Source: Octopus bimaculoides
Lineage: Eukaryota
NCBI RefSeq assembly: GCF_001194135.2
Contig: NC_068982.1
Span: 141,188,697-141,240,248 of the forward strand
Length of the DNA: 51,552 nucleotides
Reading direction: 5' to 3'
In this document: piece after piece, positions 25,506 through 38,635 of the stretch
Numbering within the stretch: position 1 is the first letter of the stretch
Layout: each line of letters begins with the position of its first letter
Made by a program: the position numbers and the translations under genes
Notes under the pieces: generated by a model
Told to the model about the DNA's origin: nothing
Databases searched by the model: none
Seen by the model: only the letters and a program-made list of their open reading frames with translations

Positions 25506-27423
25506 CACACTTGGATACACACACACGCACGCACACACACACACACTCACACACACATATTCACATGCATTGCATATAAAGCAACGCTAAGCTGAAAGAT
25601 ATATTTGAAGGTGACATTTTTTCTATGAGTACAAATGTCAAAGAATATTGAAGATTTGCATTAAGTGTCAGTATTTTGAATTTTCTGAATTGTCTGTTGT
25701 AACTGTAAGGACCAAAGAGTTAAGAGCTATACAAAGGAATCTCAACTACCATGGAAATACCGACATCTTATTGAGAGACAATATTTCGTAAGATGTATTT
25801 TACTGGTCTGCGTTGATACAGAGAATAGATAGTTTTGCCTGTATTATGTTTAACTGTCTCTATACCTAATGGACGCGATTTATTTCGATTAGTTTAATGC
25901 GTGTAGTTCTAGTTTTATATATATGTAAAAATGACAGGTTAGAAAATGTATTCAAATATTGAAAAGGAATTACGCTATTTAGTTAAATGTGCTTTACGTC
26001 TCATTGAAGCCATGTTAGAATGTAATATGATTTTAAGTATGATATCTGAATCTCTTATGGAAATGTTGAAAAACATTATTGCACAGAGTTCAGTAAAGTT
26101 TGTCTATGAACTTTAAAAAGTATAATATTATACCATATTGAGAAGCACGGCGGCCTCATCTTTCATAATATCTATTTCAATGGCAAACATTTTAGCAGAA
26201 ATATATCAACGTTTACGACAATCGTGACAGTATCTTTTGAACTGCATTTAAATAGTTGATTACTTTCAATCAATATTTATCGGATATATTCTTGTTGGAT
26301 GGATTAGAAATGTCTGTAACTAATTTTTTTTTCAATTTATTCTGTAATTAATTTGATATTTTATTTTGTAATTTTGTGATTTATTTACATTACTTCTGAA
26401 CTTCTTAAAATTCACCATATGTAATAGATTATTTATGAAATTTTATTTAGATAGGGAGGTTCATGATACCAATAAGATACACACGCAATGGTTCTATTTC
26501 ATATTTTATTATTTCCTCGTTAAATAATTAAACATTTAACTATTACCAAATTGACCGTGTGGTTAATTGTTCGTTAAAGTCTCTTTGACACAATTCTATA
26601 GTTGATAAATGATATTCCCCTTCTACTCCAAGTCTCCTTCAGATTTATATTTTTTATGGGAGTTGTAGTAAATTATTACGGATAGGTTATTTTATGAACT
26701 TGAAGTTTGCATGCCTTTTGGTGCTTCTTCGTTTGTAAATGTTCCCCGAAATCATTTGAAGAAATGTATTGGGAACATTTTGTACAGCTAGATTTTGACG
26801 GAAGTGGTATCAATATGGTTTATGTAATCAATTATTTTCTGTTATCAATGCCTTAATGAACTCTAAGTTCAGATGTTTTAATTACTACAGGGAAGCTAAA
26901 TCCATCACAGAATCGATAAATCAAATAGCTGATAGGGTGAAATATATATTTTAACAAGTCAACATAACTACAAGTTATCGCCCAACAAATATCTTCAATC
27001 GTATAGGAAGAACTGTTATAGTACAAATATAAACAGCTTAGAACAGTTAAAGGTGAAGTAGGTTATATTCTACGGATAAAGGACAAGAAATTAATATAAA
27101 TGGCCGTGGGAGAGAAATGTATTCAATCTAAAGTGAAAGAGAAAAATGTGGATACAAGCATTTATACAGAACGAGAGGGAGACGCAAAATACGTGTGGAT
27201 GTATCTATTATCTGCATTTTTACTTGTTTCACACATTCAACTATGGTCATGCTGGAGCTCCACTCTGAAAGATCGACACCAGTAATTACCGTTGATATAT
27301 TTCTTATTCTGTCAGATTCTTTTGCAATCCGCTATGCAGCGGATGTTATAACAACCAATATTGGGCGGCAAATTACTAATGGGAGAGACAAACACGGGCA
27401 CAATGACACACATGTTCGCGCAC

Positions 27424-27454
<31 letters not shown>

Positions 27455-27514
27455 TTGGCCCATATATATATAGATATGTGTGTGTGCATGTGTATATGCA
27501 CACGCATACACGAC

Positions 27515-27655
27515 AGAATTTGTTTCCCAACCACATGGTACGGTTTCAGTCCCACTGCATAGCACCTTGGGCAGGTGTCTTCTAATGTAACCTCGGGTCT
27601 ATAAAAGTCGTGTGAGTGTGTTTGGTAGAAAGAAACTGAAAGAAGCCCGTCAGCA
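27515..27655 (+). mobile_element. Family A SINE 5' half (split copy)
   Basis: CCCAACCACATGG..GGTTTCAGTCCCACTGC..CACCTTGGGCAGGTGTCTTC..GAAACTGAAAGAAGCCCGTC. Confidence 0.8.
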
Positions 27656-27669
27656 TACAGTATACAGTT

Positions 27670-27890
27670 TGATTGGATAGTTACTACTTCCGAGGTTTCC
27701 TTCGTTATGAAATGTATGTAGTCCGGACTTTTTCTACTAAATTCTTTAAAACTTGGATTCTTCTTTCCATGCTCGGCAAACCTAGTTGCCAAGCGTGAAT
27801 TGTAAAATAATTTTGTTCAGATAATCCTACACAGATATGGGAAAAAATTACAGCCTTCTGCACCAATAAAGCGCTAGTGTTCCCGAAAAG
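27670..27890 (-). pseudogene. PLE GIY-YIG fragment lying inside the SINE microsatellite position
   Basis: Frameshifted GCN..(C)VGLSEQN..LATRFAEHGKK resembles C.GC..YIG.T.R.L.TR..EH. Confidence 0.5.
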
Positions 27891-27892
27891 TG

Positions 27893-27931
<39 letters not shown>

Positions 27932-27980
27932 TTCAACGGATTCCATGAAGCTCATTTCCTTCCTACACCTCAAACTTAGA

Positions 27981-27982
<2 letters not shown>

Positions 27983-28034
<52 letters not shown>

Positions 28035-28080
28035 ATACATATATATATATATGTGTGTGTATGTGTGTGTGTGTGTGCGT
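27983..28080. repeat. Compound (TATC)n/(TA)n/(TG)n microsatellite
   Basis: Read directly from the sequence. Confidence 0.95.
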
Positions 28081-28089
28081 GTGTGTATG

Positions 28090-28315
28090 TGTGTGTATTG
28101 TCCCCTCCCCCGCTGCCATCCCTCGTCAACCGATGCTGGTGTATTTATGTCCCCGCAACTAAGTGGTTCGGCAAAAAGAATCTGATAAAGTAAATACTAG
28201 GCTTACAACGAATAAGTCCTGAACTTGATCTCTTCGTCTAAAGCCCGTTCATTTGTTGCCCTAGCATGACTGCAGTCATATATATGATTGAAACAAACAA
28301 AAGAATGAAAAATAA
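28090..28315 (+). mobile_element. Family A SINE 3' half (split copy)
   Basis: CAACCGATGCTGGTGTATTTATGTCCCCG..GGTTCGGCAAAA..TACTAGGCTTACA.CGAATAAGTCCTG..GAAACAAACAAAAGA. Confidence 0.8.
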
Positions 28316-31300
28316 AGTAATATATAATCAAATGAAACATTAAAAATAACAAATAACCAAACAACAAATGGACGTACACATAGAATATTTTAGCTTCATA
28401 CTCAGTAAAGGTGTGAACAAGATGGTGGATTTTACGTCTTGAGTATAGCTCTTCGTGAAAACGCGGAGAAAAGAAAGGTCCGTAGAAAGATACATACGAC
28501 GTGCTCCCACAGAATTTCAGCCTCTAACTCCCGTTGTAAGTTATTGCTCTGCCCGTGAGTATAGTAGTCTTAGGTTCCCTGGGTGCTGCTCCGCGAGAAT
28601 AAAAAGGGAACCTTGTGGCTGTCAAGTAAGATCTTTATCCAGGGAGAAATACAATACCTCGGTTCTATATTTATGACTCTTTAGTCAGAAACTAACGAAT
28701 TCACCGTTTACAGTTTCGGAAATATTCTTAGTGTTGATGATTTATAAGGCCCGTAAAACTCGGAATTATAAATATACTTATTGTTGATGAAAACCGAAAA
28801 TAAGTGGTAATTAGTGTTTTTGTTTTTAAGCATATCTAAAATATGCTTTACAACAAAAATTTAGTTATAAAATTTCAATAAAAATGTCAAACTGCCTTCT
28901 ATTTAAGACCCACTAAACACTCTTGTATTAATTTCATTATGAGATGTAAATAAATAACGAAATTGTACACCGATTTTAAAAGGGATATTTAACCTATTTC
29001 ATAAATTATGAAAAAAGTCTCATTTAAAACACGTCATATACGCAAGGCTTAAGAGCAAATTCCCAAAAATTATTTTAAGAATGAAAAACATTTTTACCTC
29101 ATGTATACCAAAAGTCTACGAAAAGGAAGAATAAAAAGAAATAATAGATATAAAATATATATTATGGAGAATACTATGTTTAGCCTTCTGAGAAAAATAA
29201 TAAACGAACAATTTGTGTGCCAATATTGAACAATTATCTTTACGCTCAGCTGCTTAACTCCTAAATACGTCATATACACATAGCATACATCAAAAACGAC
29301 AGACACTAACTATGATTAGATTAAATTCAAATTGTGGTTGATATTGTTTTGATTAAACGAACTGAGCAGGCTTACTTATAAATAATCATAGATTCATACG
29401 TATGCGTGTGAGTGTGTTTGTTCTCTTGTGTCTATAAGTGCTTCTTTCTCTGTAGGTTTGTCTAGTTCTTGTTGATGTATTTGAGTATGCATTAGATGAA
29501 TTGCTATGGAAGAAAAAAAAAGCCTTCAGATTTGGTGTAAATATTTTATGAATCCATCCCTCAAGTACGGGAGCGTACACAATAACTTCGTTAAGTAAAC
29601 TCGTGAAAACAAAATTTTCATTTATATACATTCCTGTTGAACAACGTCAACAACTCATCAATCAATCTAATCTAATACATAATATACGTACAGCTCTCTC
29701 TCCCTTTCTTTCTCTCTCTCTCTCTCTNNNNNNNNNNNNNNNNATATATATATATATATATATATACGTATATATATGCATATGCATGTGTGTAAGTGTA
29801 TGTGAGTGTGTATTGAATCATTTAAGTGTATCTTTATAGATTGTCTATAGAATTCAGAGCCAGCGGTATAAGATTCGACGTTTCGAAAACGAATATTTCT
29901 AAGCAAACAATGTGATCGAACATAGGAATAATAGGCCATAGGTGTATATACATATTTCAAGGGCTATTGCTCTTTCTTCAGCAATTTCATGTCGCAATTA
30001 TCCACACACACGTATATTTATACGTACAGCGTTTAGTCCTGTCGCAGAATAGGATAGACCAATTTGTGTATTAAAACACATTTCTGGCAACTAGTAGGGA
30101 ATATTTAGTTCCTAACAAACGAACAGTATTTCATTTAAAATATCAAGTATACTTGAAAGTTACACGTGAGTATGGTTTAGAGGAGATACTGATGAACGAG
30201 CAATACTTCCCGAAAGATGCATATACATCCATTATATATTTCTTTTATATGATTGTTGTCATAGACATATTCGTTTACGAAACACCGTAATTTGCAGTGA
30301 TATCTCCGAATTCTATAAGAAATGGACAGATTAACTGAAAACTAAAAAAATATTTTATTTGTTTGGTAGGACCTAACCGAATTTCAAGCGTAAACATTCA
30401 GACATTGTATGTAAAATATTTCAGCTTTGTTCATGTATTTTCGTCTGTACTAAAGGGATATTCATCGTGTTTTTCCTGCTCATGAGTAGTAGCAGTAGCA
30501 ATAGGGTGGCTATGCTCACTCTTGGATATATAGATACACAATACAGATATGAACAATGCTGATATATGCTAACAACTGTTTTTGCTTACTAGTGACTACA
30601 GTGTGCAGCTGTTCTTGTACGCTTAAATATATCATTGTAAGGTGATATCAACAATAAGGCTGTATCAGCGTGATTATTTATTTGTATGTGCATATATTGC
30701 AATTCCTTGAAGAGAAATTTGAAAAGTTATGACAATGAAATATTAACGTCTAATACACCATATATAAAGAACTAGATGTTACTTTAAAAGAAATTGTTTG
30801 AACATTTACACAATAAAATAAAAGCTATATAAAAAAAATTATAAGAAATCGCAATGCGGATATAAATAGTAACAACACCTTGTACATCGAAATGTGGACC
30901 ATATGCATATAAGTGTATGTGACACAGAAAGGAGAATGTATATAGAGAGACACGTATATAAGTTTGTGCATAAATGTATTGTGTTACGTTTTCTTACATT
31001 ATGCATCAATACTGGAGACCAAGAAAAATGTTCTAAATATTCCCAGTACGAAATTTGTATGCACTCAAACACATCATTTTATTCAAACAATGCTGCTGAA
31101 TATATCGAACTTCACAGCATCTCATCTGCATTTTAGATGTAATTCTTTACTCTCGATTGCCTTTTCAATTGTATAGACTGTACCTAGAAATTTTGGCATA
31201 CGATGACAACACCGTTATAGTGTTGCTCTGAATAAATATTTCATATAAATCACTTATATTCTTTTCTGTTTAATATTTCTACTTACGTATGCATTGAATT

Positions 31301-31744
31301 GAATTGTCTGGTGTTATCTCTCCAACTATTCCTCTGTTAATGCAGCTAGTTTCAATATTTATACACATTGCTATATAAACTGTATAACTAATAAAATGTC
31401 GACACTTTATGACCATAGAGCGGCATATGTATTTATTTAAACATGGACATTACTGTGCAGAATTAGAATTTTGCCACAACACTTTAATTAGTTCTCCACG
31501 AAATATGTATTATTATGAGCAGAATAAATTTGGTCAAAACACACGATAACAATAATGTAAGAAAATAACTTGCATACAGTCAAAACCGACTCAATTGTAG
31601 CAGCCATTTGTGGTTCATGAACATATTTAAACGGGAAATCGAAACCCACAGCATAACTGGTTACGCATCTATAACAAAGCACATACACATAGACATATAT
31701 AAGTCTGTATGTATATTCATAAACACACACAAACATACGTATAC

Positions 31745-31783
<39 letters not shown>

Positions 31784-32172
31784 NNNNNNNNNNNNNNNNN
31801 NNNNNNNNNNNNNNNNNNNNNNNNNNNNNNNNNNNNNNNNNNNNNNNNNNNNNNNNNNNNNNNNNNNNNNNNNNNNNNNNNNNNNNNNNNNNNNNNNNNN
31901 NNNNNNNNNNNNNNNNNNNNNNNNNNNNNNNNNNNNNNNNNNNNNNNNNNNNNNNNNNNNNNNNNNNNNNNNNNNNNNNNNNNNNNNNNNNNNNNNNNNN
32001 NNNNNNNNNNNNNNNNNNNNNNNNNNNNNNNNNNNNNNNNNNNNNNNNNNNNNNNNNNNNNNNNNNNNNNNNNNNNNNNNNNNNNNNNNNNNNNNNNNNN
32101 NNNNNNNNNNNNNNNNNNNNNNNNNNNNNNNNNNNNNNNNNNNNNNNNNNNNNNNNNNNNNNNNNNNNNNNN

Positions 32173-32231
<59 letters not shown>

Positions 32232-32235
<4 letters not shown>

Positions 32236-33270
32236 GAGCGTACGAAAAATTAGAATAGTGTAAATATGGAAAAACTTTTATTCACACGAACAAGCACCCA
32301 GTGTTTCGTTTGCTTTGCAAGTTTTATTGTGTTATTGATATCCCTTCTAGCTGCTGAACAAAAATGGCTCACTGTTTATTACGGTTTCCTCGCCGCATAC
32401 TCACCACATTAGTTGACTGTAAGATTGCATCGTATGAACATCTCTAGTTTTTCTACAAGATGACGTAATCAATAACGGAAAGAGTGGAAATTGTGGACGG
32501 ATCCTGTTAAGCAAACACGTGAAACTGTTGAAGTCATTTCTGTTAAAAAAAAAAAAAAAGTTATTGGCAAAAAAGAACGATACAAATCTTGGTTAAGAAG
32601 TGACGTATTACAGAGTGCACAACGCCCCAAACTAAGAGAACCTACAGTTCGAATACCGGAAGTTATTCAGAAAATTTGGTAAAGATGACTCGAAGACCAA
32701 AGAAGTCAACTCGTAAAATGGCGCAACAATCTCAAAAGCAGGAGACCATACCAACGGATAGTGAAAAGTTTAAATTTCAAGCCCTATCATTCCACACTTG
32801 TACAACAATTAAAAGTACATTACTGCACATGTCCTTTGAATAGTATTGCTAACGGTGTGCTTCACCCATTCCAGTACAGAATGTATGACGAGGCTATCAA
32901 TTCTCCGGCCACGTAAATTCATGAAACACGGTGCAGGTGGTAGAGAATCGTCACCTTGTGTATGAGCAGCCACTCCACACTCAAGCTATTTACCAGACAG
33001 CCACTCCAAGAGAAAAAAAAAGAAATAATAAATCAAAGGACAAAATATGACGTCACAGAAGTGTGACGAAAATTCTGGCCGAAATACGATTAATGTAAAA
33101 TAAACCTGAAGCAAAAGAAAAAAAAAATGACCAAATATTTAATGTGTGTGTTTTTATTGACTAAACGGGCAACATGAGCATCCGCCAATTCAACAATATG
33201 GAAGAGTTTGAGATCTATCTTTAAGGACATGGTTTTTACATAGACGACGTTCTACAAATATAGTGTCACA
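32232..33270 (+). mobile_element. Tc1/mariner relic, rosa/DD41D-like
   Basis: Starts with CAGGG directly after a CA run; PKKSTRKMAQQ..QRIVKSLNFKPYHSTLVQQL; DEA at 32887 followed by SGHVNS.N..ENRHLVYEQPLH; degenerate PP.S...FKDMVF near 33180-33240. Confidence 0.75.
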
Positions 33271-33610
33271 CTTCCCTCGTAATCAGACTACACATAGTTT
33301 ACTCTTCCCATTTCCTTATAATCTCCCCAAAATTCCTTCTTGCAAGATCGAAACTGCAATATAATGACATATAAAGATATGTGATCTAGTGAATGTGTGT
33401 GGCGATGAATATGTATTATACATCAAATCAGTGGAAAGCGCCACTGTGGAGAGAATAATTATAAATATATATATGACATAATAAACCAGAAATTCCGTTG
33501 TGAATTTTGTGAATTGAATCTTTTAGTCTCTGACCTTTCTTCTCTTAAAGAACAAGAATGTGCTAATACCTACATATATTATTACATATGCAGATAGATG
33601 TAGATTTACC

Positions 33611-33657
<47 letters not shown>

Positions 33658-33683
33658 AAATATATACATATATATATATAAGC

Positions 33684-33729
<46 letters not shown>

Positions 33730-36700
33730 ACGCATATATATATATATGCTTATATATGTATATATACACACGCATGTACATATTTGTGATTATGTGTGTA
33801 TGTGCGCGCGTTATTTCTACGTGAAACCATTGCTGAAAATTTGGAATTATACCAAGAAGAATTTACAATTAGATAATTATAGAATTATACACTTAAACAT
33901 AAGTATTCTTTTGTTTTTCTTTCTTCTTCCTTCTCCCCTCCATCCTTTTCAAATACACAGAAATGTACGTGAAATTCATAATAAATGTTTCTAAAAACAT
34001 TTTGAAGAAAGCGATAATGGAAAAGTGTTCTTGACTGGCGTTGTTACGAATCCCCAATGACGTTTAATACATAATTGCAAAATCTGCAATATTGTGTTCG
34101 TTGCCTGCAACATGAGGGAAGCAAATTACGTTAAATTATCAAACTTTTTTGTAACAACGTATTAAGATGTGGTATGAATTATTATATATTATAATAATCG
34201 AATCATTCAAATTGCCGCTCCTCATAGATTTGCCATACATTAAATTCCTATGCAATAAATTTTGCAAATTACCAATTATTTTATTTTCTAGTAGATATTT
34301 CCTTTGTTATCCTTATGATTTTTTTTACATAATAGTTTTTAGATTATTTTATCACAACCTAAATTGTACGTTAATTTCATTCACATCTATCTCTCTGTCT
34401 TTCCCCAAGCATATAGATATAGAGATGCTCATATATATACATAATACATACATACATACCTATATATATATATATATATATATATNNNNNNNNNNNNNNN
34501 NNNNNNNNNNNNNNNNNNNNNNNNNNNNNNNNNNNNNNNNNNNNNNNNNNNNNNNNNNNNNNNNNNNNNNNNNNNNNNNNNNNNNNNNNNNNNNNNNNNN
34601 NNNNNNNNNNNNNNNNNNNNNNNNNNNNNNNNNNNNNNNNNNNNNNNNNNNNNNNNNNNNNNNNNNNNNNNNNNNNNNNNNNNNNNNNNNNNNNNNNNNN
34701 NNNNNNNNNNNNNNNNNNNNNNNNNNNNNNNNNNNNNNNNNNNNNNNNNNNNNNNNNNNNNNNNNNNNNNNNNNNNNNNNNNNNNNNNNNNNNNNNNNNN
34801 NNNNNNNNNNNNNNNNNNNNNNNNNNNNNNNNNNNNNNNNNNNNNNNNNNNNNNNNNNNNNNNNNNNNNNNNNNNNNNNNNNNNNNNNNNNNNNNNNNNN
34901 NNNNNNATATATATATATATATATATATAAATTATCCTACCAAAAATTGCCATGCAATACAGGAGATATCTAGCATTATAATCGCTGTTCACATTCGTTG
35001 CTGTCCATTGCGGTTCTAGTTCAAACCACACGTCTATCGTCCTCTCTTTGTCTTCCAGAATTCACTGTCCTCGTCGATCATTCCAATTCTCCCTTTGCTT
35101 CTACAACCCAGTTTCTTCCGTGAAGGCTATACCATTTTGTACTCTCATCATATATTTCTCTCCATTCTGATTAAAAATCCTTTTCGCAAACCCCGTAGTT
35201 TAGTTGCTATTTCTCTGAGTGTGTATTTTCTCTTATCTTTGACATTATTTCTGCATATCTAATTTCTATCATTTAATAAAACATTCGATATTTTTCATGG
35301 CGTATTTCATTGTATTTTTTTGTTTTTTTTTTCCACCTATAGTCTGACTCTCTGTGATAAGCTTCCCTATACGACTTCTGGCAACACGTTTTATATAATT
35401 TTCAATTTTTCCTTTTCCATTGCAAGATATATTAATGTACCTTCTGAAAAAATATATTTCCATCATTATTGTTTTTCTCAACTCTTTCTTTTTTTATGTC
35501 TGACATATTAACTTTCTATCCACGATATTTGTAATTATTTTACTGACTCTATTACAAAGATATGCTTATTTTTTTTCTTTTGTCATGTCACATATATTAA
35601 AAGTTTTCAAATACTCGCTTCTCCACATTCAACGCTGCTCTTTTCATTAATTATTTATTTATTTGGTTAGTTTAACTTCACTTGTCCTTACTAAACTGTA
35701 ATTAAACTTGTCGATTCTGTGTCATGTTCGAACATATGTGATACCAAACACATATTTTTCATTTTGCACCTATATATTTTAATCTGTTCTCTTAAAAATT
35801 ACTTACCGTGAGCTGCTGATAAATCTCATTCTCATGGAAAAGAACATGACACCAAGCTGTGTAAGCTCTGTTTTTTACAGGCGTAATGCAAAAGATATCC
35901 AGCCGTATTTCAAGAAGTTAATCATATGATACATATGTTTATATATGTACATTTGTACATGTTTATATATACCTGTGCGAGTGCACGCAGCTGCGCAATA
36001 GTATATGCAAACCATGTGCTATGCGCCAGAAACGAATTATTTCGTGTAACCATGTCAGATGACCCCACCGTTTAAATATTTTAGGTTTATACCATAATTT
36101 TAAACCCATTGAGGTAGGAATGATTTTTTGTTCTTCAATTAATTTTGGTTCCTTAATTGAGAGTTATTTTTTAAATTTTCTTCTCAACTATTGGAATATG
36201 TAACAAAGATGATCTACCAATTATGATTATGATGCGAAGCTTGTAGCATTCTTTAAATATTGCATAGGTACCTTTGTCCAGTTTCATGAATTTTTTTTTT
36301 TAAATCACAAAAAAAAAGAAAACATGCAAATTCACATTAAATACCACCGGTTTTTTTTGTAAGGAGATGCATGGAGATGTATACATATGTAATTCACACT
36401 AAATATGACGGTTTTGTTTTTGTAAGGAGGTGTCTAATATAAATTTTGTGTCGAGAAGAATAAGAATGCAGAATGCAAGTTATTATTTACTGATCACAAC
36501 ACAGCGCAAAATCAAGCGGCTGCTTGTAGGAAAATCAGAAGGATGTCCAAGAGAAGAGACCTGTTTCTACTCTCTTCTATTTTCCCCTTTCCTCAAAAAT
36601 ATTTCTCACAGCGTTCAGTATTTTCCGCTCGTTCTGGCCTAACGATCCTCCGTATTTTCTTTGTTCGGTTTCCGTGTATGTCTCCACTGTCATGTTTTTG

Positions 36701-37797
36701 TTCCCAACTTTGACACTCTATAAATATTAAATATTATTATAGAATATATGGGAGCAACAGTCTTTGAAGATTTATATTGTCGTTGAGTGCCCGAATTGAG
36801 GATAGGATAGGGTTCGTTCTCTGTGTTTAATTGTGCTGGCTTCAATATTTTCTCATTGTTAACGTATTTAACACGTTTGTCTATGTATTTCNNNNNNNNN
36901 NNNNNNNNNNNNNNNNNNNNNNNNNNNNNNNNNNNNNNNNNNNNNNNNNNNNNNNNNNNNNNNNNNNNNNNNNNNNNNNNNNNNNNNNNNNNNNNNNNNN
37001 NNNNNNNNNNNNNNNNNNNNNNNNNNNNNNNNNNNNNNNNNNNNNNNNNNNNNNNNNNNNNNNNNNNNNNNNNNNNNNNNNNNNNNNNNNNNNNNNNNNN
37101 NNNNNNNNNNNNNNNNNNNNNNNNNNNNNNNNNNNNNNNNNNNNNNNNNNNNNNNNNNNNNNNNNNNNNNNNNNNNNNNNNNNNNNNNNNNNNNNNNNNN
37201 NNNNNNNNNNNNNNNNNNNNNNNNNNNNNNNNNNNNNNNNNNNNNNNNNNNNNNNNNNNNNNNNNNNNNNNNNNNNNNNNNNNNNNNNNNNNNNNNNNNN
37301 NNNNNNNNNNNNNNNNNNNNNNNNNNNNNNNNNNNNNNNNNNNNNNNNNNNNNNNNNNNNNNNNNNNNNNNNNNNNNNNNNNNNNNNNNNNNNNNNNNNN
37401 NNNNNNNNNNNNNNNNNNNNNNNNNNNNNNNNNNNNNNNNNNNNNNNNNNNNNNNNNNNNNNNNNNNNNNNNNNNNNNNNNNNNNNNNNNNNNNNNNNNN
37501 NNNNNNNNNNNNNNNNNNNNNNNNNNNNNNNNNNNNNNNNNNNNNNNNNNNNNNNNNNNNNNNNNNNNNNNNNNNNNNNNNNNNNNNNNNNNNNNNNNNN
37601 NNNNNNNNNNNNNNNNNNNNNNNNNNNNNNNNNNNNNNNNNNNNNNNNNNNNNNNNNNNNNNNNNNNNNNNNNNNNNNNNNNNNNNNNNNNNNNNNNNNN
37701 NNNNNNNNNNNNNNNNNNNNNNNNNNNNNNNNNNNNNNNNNNNNNNNNNNNNNNNNNNNNNNNNNNNNNNNNNNNNNNNNNNNNNNNNNNNNNNNNN

Positions 37798-37832
<35 letters not shown>

Positions 37833-37899
37833 TACACCACCAACACTATCACTACGATCAGAGATGATGACTACGGCAGCACCGCAACCACTCCAATAG

Positions 37900-38255
37900 A
37901 AAATACAGTAGAAACGTGAAAAAACCAAGTTCAGAAATACATCTAGCCGGCGGGACCTGCCTTTGAGCGATGTCTGTACACCCACACCTAGTCTTTTAGG
38001 ATTCCGGAAGAGGACGCTACGTCATATCCCTGGCCAGCCACTTGTGGCATGTAAAGAATGATGGAACCTAATACGAAATAAAGTGGAATATGATAGATCA
38101 TCCCGGGTCCTATATAAACAGGAGCGGGGATGCAAGTTTTGTATAGCAAAGCGGGCAAGGATCGTTATAGACTCGCTGGAAGGAGATCTCTCTTAAACTC
38201 AAGAAATGAGATCTATAATTCCTTCCACCATTTAAGATGCTACCTGCTGTACGTT
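37900..38255 (+). pseudogene. PLE C-terminal GIY-YIG endonuclease fragment
   Basis: KYI*..G..FER..HT*SFR..SLASHLWHVKNDGT*YEIKWNMI..SY..GCKFCIA..LNSRNEIYNSFHH.R.YLL. Confidence 0.85.
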
Positions 38256-38490
38256 AGGGTTCCACTGTCCGTCAATTAGTGCTGAAAAAGTTTCTTTCAG
38301 AGGGGATCCAACGTAAAAGCGGAGATTTCCTGTTTGCCCATTAGAAGTATAAGATTTGCCAACCGGACCGGTCTAAAGAACACAACTCATCCCGTTGAAA
38401 GCTCAGTCAGTGTACTTGTTTGCAAATTTAACTGAGCGTGAGGATTTTGCTACCGTTAGTTTCAAGAGAGCTTATATTGTCTCTGCCGTC

Positions 38491-38523
38491 AGCGTCTGGC
38501 GAGTCGTTTAGAAAGCTAATGTT
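38491..38523 (+). ncRNA. Degenerate minimal type I hammerhead in the PLE 3' region
   Basis: AGCGT CTGGCGA GTCGTTTA GAAA GCT A ATGTT: helix I AGCGT/ATGTT with wobbles, A6 changed to G, palindromic helix III AGCT, CTA triplet; helix II is damaged. Confidence 0.5.
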
Positions 38524-38593
38524 TTTATGCATGCAAAACCAATGGCCACTCTTTGACCGGACTTATATCTAAATTTACGTATATATACATATA

Positions 38594-38635
<42 letters not shown>

